DNA of 64,000 bases from an uncultured Thermoanaerobaculia bacterium (GTDB lineage Bacteria > Acidobacteriota > Thermoanaerobaculia > Multivoradales > Multivoraceae): positions 402,101 through 466,100 of the forward strand of contig CATOTG010000002.1 in assembly GCA_951813015.1 (NCBI GenBank), in the 5' to 3' direction. Below the pieces are notes generated by a model that saw nothing but the letters and a program-made list of their open reading frames with translations, ran no database searches and had not been told where the DNA came from. Positions 60,464 through 64,000 of this stretch are shown here, piece after piece; position 1 is the stretch's first letter; each line of letters begins with the position of its first letter. The position numbers were made by a program, and so were the translations under genes.

Positions 60464-60811
60464 TTACTGTTCGTCGCCCTCCGGGTAGTGCAACTGAACA
60501 CAGCGGCGAAACAAACTTCCGGCCTCATAAAATGCACTGTTGATTTGGTCGCCGAACAGGATACGGTCAGTGTCCTGGCTAAAGGCCGCGACATGTGACT
60601 CTGGTGACCTTGACGGCGGGAGCGGATCTTTAATCCGTTGCCGAAGGGCGAGTGCATCGGCAAACCATGCCGTTTCGGCGGCGCATGGAATCGGCTCCAA
60701 GTCAGGCTCGCCGGCAGTCTGCGAGAAGCCGGCAGTCTGCGAGAACACCACGGCGACGGTGCCGACCAGAGCGATCGCGACCACAGAGGCGACAGTGTGG
60801 CGGCCGCTCAC
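60464..60811 (-). CDS. small hypothetical secreted/membrane protein with an internal FSQTAG duplication
   Basis: Signal-like MSGRHTVASVVAIALVGTVAVVFS. The 18-bp tandem duplication GCCGGCAGTCTGCGAGAA x2 (60718-60753) encodes FSQTAG FSQTAG. The 4-nt overlap with the upstream gene suggests an operon. Confidence 0.45.
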   Translation of the reverse strand: MSGRHTVASVVAIALVGTVAVVFSQTAGFSQTAGEPDLEPIPCAAETAWFADALALRQRIKDPLPPSRSPESHVAAFSQDTDRILFGDQINSAFYEAGSLFRRCVQLHYPEGDEQ

Positions 60812-62289
60812 AGTGCCTTCTTCCGGCGACCGGCTCGCTCATCGGTCTCGCGCTGCTCGGCCATCTGCTTGAGGAAGGCGTTGGCAGCCTTCGCCTCCTC
60901 CATGTCGACGGCGCCGTCCTTGTTCTGGTCCATCATCTCGAAGTACTGCTTCACCCCGCCGGGGGCCTCTTCGAGCTGCATCTTGCCGTCCCGGCTCTCG
61001 TCGGAAAAGGCGACGACCGCCGTCAGGTCAAGGCCGTCCCCGTCGCCGCTGAAGGCGACGTGGCCCTTGTTCTCGTCGTTGATGTACGACATGAAGCCGA
61101 AGCTCATCTCGTCGGTCGTCGGCTCGCCCCAGCGGACCGTCGCGGTCGGGTCGGGGTTGGCCGGGTTGTCCTCCGAGTTGTCGAACACCGTCGTCAGGAC
61201 CACCCGGGTGCCGGCCGGCACCTTCTTGCGCTCCTCGTACTTGTAGGTGGTCTGCCAGTTGAAGTCGTAGTTCGGCACGTCGAGCAGGACCTCGTGGCTA
61301 CCGTCCGGGTAGTGGGCCTCGTACTTCGCCGCCTTGCCGCGCAGGTGCATGTGCGGCAGGTAGCCGACGATCTCGGAGTCTGTCGGGAACGTCCACTCGG
61401 TCTGGATCGTGTAGTCCGAGGCGCCGGGCGGCACGGCGAAGTCGTACTTGCCCATGTCCGCGTTGAAGACTTCGTACTTCACGTCGTCTTCGCTGTCGTA
61501 GAACTTGAGCGCCACCTGCGACTGATCCCAGGATCCGGTGCCCTCGCCCGGCTCCTTGTGGTAGTGCATCTGCCAGGTCAGGTCGCGGCCCGCCTTCAGC
61601 ACGTCCGCCATGCCGTCCGTGTGGATCACCGGGTCGTTGCCGGGAGCGATGCCGCCCAGGCCGGGAACGATGATGTGGTGAACCGCCGGGCTGCCGGGCC
61701 GAAACTCGATCGCCTTGACGAAGCGGTCTTCCGGGATCATGTCCTCGGTCACCGTCGTCTTCCGGTAGATGTAGAGGTCGTCCACGTCGTCCTCGACCCA
61801 GAAGGGCTCGTCGAACTGCAGGACGAGGTCCGGCTCGCCGATCAGCCAGCCGCCGCTGCTCGGCCACTCGATGGGCGCCGGAGCGTCCGCCGGATCACCG
61901 GCCGGAGCGCCGGACTCCGCCCAGCGCACGATCAGGTCGATCTCTTCCTGAGTCAGGGTGCGTTCGTTGGAGAACACGCCGTTGTGTGCCGGGGAGGCAT
62001 CCCACGGAGGCATGGCCCGCGTGGCGACCTGGCGCGCGATCGAACGGGCCCAGGGCCGCGTCTCTTCGTAGGTGGTGAGGGCCATCGGCGCGACCATGCC
62101 GCCGAGGTTGGCGCCGTTCGGGCGGTGGCAGACCTGGCATTCCTGCTGCAGCACGGGCGCCACGTCGCGGTAGAAGGTGACCGCTTCGGGGTCGACCGCC
62201 GCGGCGGCGGCGAGGCCGGAAACCGCCAGGGCGCCGACGACGCTCAGGGCGAGTGTGCGGAAAGCGGATGGGCACTGGGCGCGAGTCAT
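60808..62289 (-). CDS. secreted fusion protein: c-type cytochrome (PSCyt-like) / PHM-DBH-like type-II copper monooxygenase / C-terminal EF-hand
   Basis: Signal peptide. A single CQVCH heme-c motif in a FYRDVAPVLQQECQVCHRPNG...MPPW context (the Planctomycete-type cytochrome domain). Candidate Cu ligands are VHH...H (CuH-like) and HMH...M (CuM-like). DQNKDGAVDMEE is an EF-hand loop. Confidence 0.55.
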   Translation of the reverse strand: MTRAQCPSAFRTLALSVVGALAVSGLAAAAAVDPEAVTFYRDVAPVLQQECQVCHRPNGANLGGMVAPMALTTYEETRPWARSIARQVATRAMPPWDASPAHNGVFSNERTLTQEEIDLIVRWAESGAPAGDPADAPAPIEWPSSGGWLIGEPDLVLQFDEPFWVEDDVDDLYIYRKTTVTEDMIPEDRFVKAIEFRPGSPAVHHIIVPGLGGIAPGNDPVIHTDGMADVLKAGRDLTWQMHYHKEPGEGTGSWDQSQVALKFYDSEDDVKYEVFNADMGKYDFAVPPGASDYTIQTEWTFPTDSEIVGYLPHMHLRGKAAKYEAHYPDGSHEVLLDVPNYDFNWQTTYKYEERKKVPAGTRVVLTTVFDNSEDNPANPDPTATVRWGEPTTDEMSFGFMSYINDENKGHVAFSGDGDGLDLTAVVAFSDESRDGKMQLEEAPGGVKQYFEMMDQNKDGAVDMEEAKAANAFLKQMAEQRETDERAGRRKKAL

Positions 62290-62591
62290 TCAGAACCTCC
62301 GTCTGAGGATTGCCGGGACGAGAACCGCCCGGAGTGTCCAGAGATGTTGTCGGAAACAAGGCTGCGGAGCGCATCCGCATACTATACGGACTTCTACGCG
62401 CACGACCGTCGCGGGTTTCGTATCAGGCCCGTGCGGGCGGGCCTGGCTTCGGCTCGCGGTGCAGAGCGCAACCAGAAGCGGCTCGCATCCGTATAAGAGG
62501 TTTCGGGAGGTAACGGCTTGAACAACACGGTGGCTCGCCACGGGGCCGGGATTGCTGGCCGCCGCCCGTCGCGGTTCCGGGAGGTAGCGAT

Positions 62592-63578
62592 TTGAGCACG
62601 ACAGTGGCCGCAAGCGGCCTGCGCCATGTGTACAAGGGCGGCACGGTTGCCCTTGACGGCGTCGACCTCGAGATCGGCGCCGGCCTGTTCGGCCTGCTGG
62701 GTCCCAATGGCGCCGGCAAGAGCACCCTGATGCGGATCGTCTGCACACTGCTCGCGCCGTCAGCCGGCGCCGTGAGCGTCTTCGGCCACGATGCCGTCAA
62801 GGAGCGCCGGGCCGTCCGTGCGCACCTGGGCTACCTGCCGCAGGAGTTCGGCGCCTGGCGTCTGCACCGCGTGGAAGAGGTGCTCGACACCCTGGCCGAA
62901 CTTTCCGGTCTCGACGAGCGCGCCACGCGGCGCGAGCGCGTCGACGCCGTCCTCGACAGTGTCGGCCTGGGCGACGTCGCCCATCGCAAGGTGAAGAAGC
63001 TCTCCGGCGGCATGAGGCGCCGCCTCGGCATCGCGCAGGCCCTGATCCACCAGCCCCGCCTGCTCGTCGTCGACGAACCGACCGTCGGCCTGGACCCGGA
63101 GGAGCGCATCCGCTTCCGTCAACTGATGGCGACCCTGGGGCGCGAGCGGACGATCATTCTCTCGACCCACATCGTCGCCGACCTGGGGACCGGCTGCAAT
63201 GACCTGGCCCTGCTCGACGCCGGCAAGATCGTCTTCCGCGGCTCGCCGACACAACTGCTCGAACGAGCCGCGGGACAGGTCTTCGAACTCGCTCTGCCCC
63301 TGTCCGCGCCGCAGCCCGAGGGAGACTTCGAGATCGTCTCGCGTACAGACAGCCTGAACGAGGCCGCGTACCGCGCCGTCGCCGCGCCGGGCGGCGTTCC
63401 GGACGGCGCGCGGATCGCCGCTTCGCCGACACTCGAGGAGGGCTACCTCGCCTTCATGGTCGCGCGCGGCCGCGCCGAGGCCCTGGTGAGCGACGAGCAC
63501 TTCGGACAGCACGACAAAGTCGACCTGGCCGAGCCCCCGTCCGCGACGGACGCCACCGGAAAGGAGGCGCACCCTTGA
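62592..63578 (+). CDS. ABC transporter ATP-binding protein
   Basis: GGGAGG 8 nt upstream of TTG 62592. Walker A GPNGAGKST, signature LSGGMRRRLGIAQAL and Walker B LLVVDEPT. Confidence 0.85.
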   Translation: MSTTVAASGLRHVYKGGTVALDGVDLEIGAGLFGLLGPNGAGKSTLMRIVCTLLAPSAGAVSVFGHDAVKERRAVRAHLGYLPQEFGAWRLHRVEEVLDTLAELSGLDERATRRERVDAVLDSVGLGDVAHRKVKKLSGGMRRRLGIAQALIHQPRLLVVDEPTVGLDPEERIRFRQLMATLGRERTIILSTHIVADLGTGCNDLALLDAGKIVFRGSPTQLLERAAGQVFELALPLSAPQPEGDFEIVSRTDSLNEAAYRAVAAPGGVPDGARIAASPTLEEGYLAFMVARGRAEALVSDEHFGQHDKVDLAEPPSATDATGKEAHP

Positions 63579-64000
63579 TCTCGTTTGCCAACGTCCGGTC
63601 GCTCGCCCGGGCGGAGATGCGCACCATCCGGCGGCTGTTCCGCTTCTGGCTGTTCTCGGCCGCGGCGATGCTGCTCGGCCTGCTGTTCTTCGGCCAGTAC
63701 TTGGTCATGCACGGCCTGGGCTCCGGTTTCTCGGCCTCCGCGGGCGCCTTCAGCCCCAAGTTCCTGCTCAGCCAGACCGCTCTCTGGCAGACAACGGTCC
63801 TCGGCATCGGCGTCGTCTTCCTGGCCTTCGACCTGCGCGCCCGCGACCGGCGCGACCGCGTGATCGAAGTGCTCGACAGCCGCCCCTACTCGAACGTCGA
63901 GCTCGTCCTTGGCCGCTTCCTCGGCGCCTTGTTCATGGTCTGGGGCGTGGCGTTCCTCGCGATGATCATCATCCAGGGCTTCGGCCACTCCGGGGTCGCG
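63575..64000 (+). CDS. ABC-2-type transporter permease, N-terminal part (runs off window end)
   Basis: TTG at 63575 overlaps the upstream stop. Hydrophobic TM segments (FRFWLFSAAAMLLGLLFFG..., VLGIGVVFLAF..., FMVWGVAFLAMIII). Not in the ORF track because no stop is reached. Confidence 0.55.
   Translation, partial: MISFANVRSLARAEMRTIRRLFRFWLFSAAAMLLGLLFFGQYLVMHGLGSGFSASAGAFSPKFLLSQTALWQTTVLGIGVVFLAFDLRARDRRDRVIEVLDSRPYSNVELVLGRFLGALFMVWGVAFLAMIIIQGFGHSGVA

Noticed and set aside
62290-62591. Possible regulator-binding repeats (GCATCCGCATACTATACGGA / GCATCCGTATAAGAGG) in the divergent cytochrome/ABC-transporter intergenic region
   Set aside because: Only two partial, imperfect copies. Insufficient to call an operator without a neighbouring regulator gene.

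Overview
This is a 64-kb chromosomal window from a high-GC (by eye about 70 %) diderm bacterium. It carries BamA/Skp, LpxA/FabZ/LpxD, LolCD and TatA, as well as ClpC, PSCyt-type cytochrome, sulfatase/FGE and Uma2 genes. That combination suggests an Acidobacteria-, Gemmatimonadota-, Planctomycete- or Myxococcota-like lineage, but this is a guess. Most of the window is densely packed housekeeping DNA; many large antisense ORFs in the track are high-GC artefacts.

Housekeeping genes, in order (full list in features):
- plsY-gpsA, cinA, deoA, a TPR gene and tatA.
- A tRNA-Arg(CCT) with two decayed tandem copies.
- apt, pcm-surE, a frameshifted mtnP and a Gfo/Idh/MocA oxidoreductase with an internal repeat.
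- lpxA-fabZ-lpxD, two paralogous PQQ-propeller secreted proteins, skp-bamA, clpC and lolD-lolC.
- hpt, pnp and lysS.
- ftsY-ribD-ribE packed with overlapping stop/start codons, aroB and hisS-aspS.
- A Uma2 endonuclease, an AI-2E transporter and addB-addA with an ATGA overlap.
- A cupin, a tandem NTF2-like protein, an FGE-family protein and an Asp/Glu racemase.

Three stretches stand out from this backbone:
1. **24670..26046.** A compositionally foreign (AT-richer) single gene wedged between lysS and a truncated HAD-like remnant. It encodes a STAS-like / GHKL-ATPase / DUF4325-STAS fusion, which looks like a self-contained partner-switching module. This is the best candidate for an undescribed system. 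Next to it, hypothetical gene X (26356..27363) is bracketed by two ~73-76-bp imperfect tandem duplications that copy its start and its stop.
2. **About 48852..60331.** An ~11.5-kb accretion island bounded by an intact racemase gene and a ~92 %-identical fragment of a racemase 5' end. It contains nested and truncated IS3, ISL3 and IS481/rve-like elements. The ISL3 sits inside IS3 orfB with a clean 8-bp target duplication, and 105-bp identical inverted segments flank part of the island. Its cargo is a secreted hypothetical protein, a frameshifted metzincin with a poly-Asp/poly-Gly run and 2x(Ig-like+FN3) repeats, and a sulfatase.
3. **60436..62289.** A small repeat-containing protein next to a secreted c-type cytochrome / PHM-like Cu monooxygenase / EF-hand fusion. 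ABC transporter genes follow.

Also noted: a ~50-bp conserved intergenic repeat at two loci, and a candidate GnnA-type oxidoreductase next to lpxA.

My hand counting of positions may be off by 1 nt in places relative to the ORF track. CDS boundaries follow the track.
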